A stretch of 63,184 nt of DNA, filler included, from Octopus bimaculoides (lineage: Eukaryota), in NCBI RefSeq assembly GCF_001194135.2. It is 5 parts of 5 records of this genome, joined end to end, with 100 filler letters (N's around TTAATTAATTAA, not from the genome) between each part and the next. Parts side by side here need not be neighbours in the genome. Positions count along the whole stretch, not along the records: positions 52,152 to 63,184 come from NC_069004.1; 4 more parts are not named here. One strand, written 5' to 3'. Shown here one piece after another: positions 63,110 through 63,184 of this stretch. The notes beneath the pieces are model-generated. The model made no database searches and was not told the origin of the DNA. It saw nothing but the letters and a program-made list of their open reading frames with translations. A program made the position numbers and the translations under genes. Each line of letters begins with the position of its first letter. Within the stretch, counting starts at the first letter, position 1.

Positions 63110-63184
63110 CTTGTATATTGATAGATATTCCCATGCATATGTGTACTTATATATACGTATGTTACCTATGCGTATATATATATA

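Overview
AT-rich, gappy (roughly 7 kb of N) eukaryotic genomic DNA dominated by (AT)n/(AC)n/(AG)n/(ATT)n microsatellites and interspersed repeats. The repeat families look like those of an octopus genome (inference, not tested). I found no recognisable intact host protein-coding gene, rRNA, true tRNA or CRISPR array. Most long ORFs in the track are microsatellite or N-run artefacts. Supported content: (1) a 5'-truncated, inactivated Penelope-like element (RT + GIY-YIG, 3560-5260); (2) decayed fragments of CR1/L2-type, RTE, R4/Dong and Hero non-LTR elements, a Helitron helicase and a Tc1/mariner transposase; (3) mariner, hAT, piggyBac-like and palindromic MITEs; (4) dozens of SINE copies from at least four families, some in head-to-tail arrays, one nested with a clear TSD; (5) four hammerhead-ribozyme-like motifs of the Penelope type, the most complete at 27197-27287 and 6699-6744; (6) a pre-miRNA-like hairpin at 30504-30614; (7) a few short splice-site-bounded exon candidates of unknown identity; (8) four artificial 100-bp scaffold linkers (44 N + TTAATTAATTAA + 44 N). 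I see no clear evidence of a wholly new biological system. The best leads are the ribozymes, the hairpin, the SINE/LINE tail sharing and the exon candidates.
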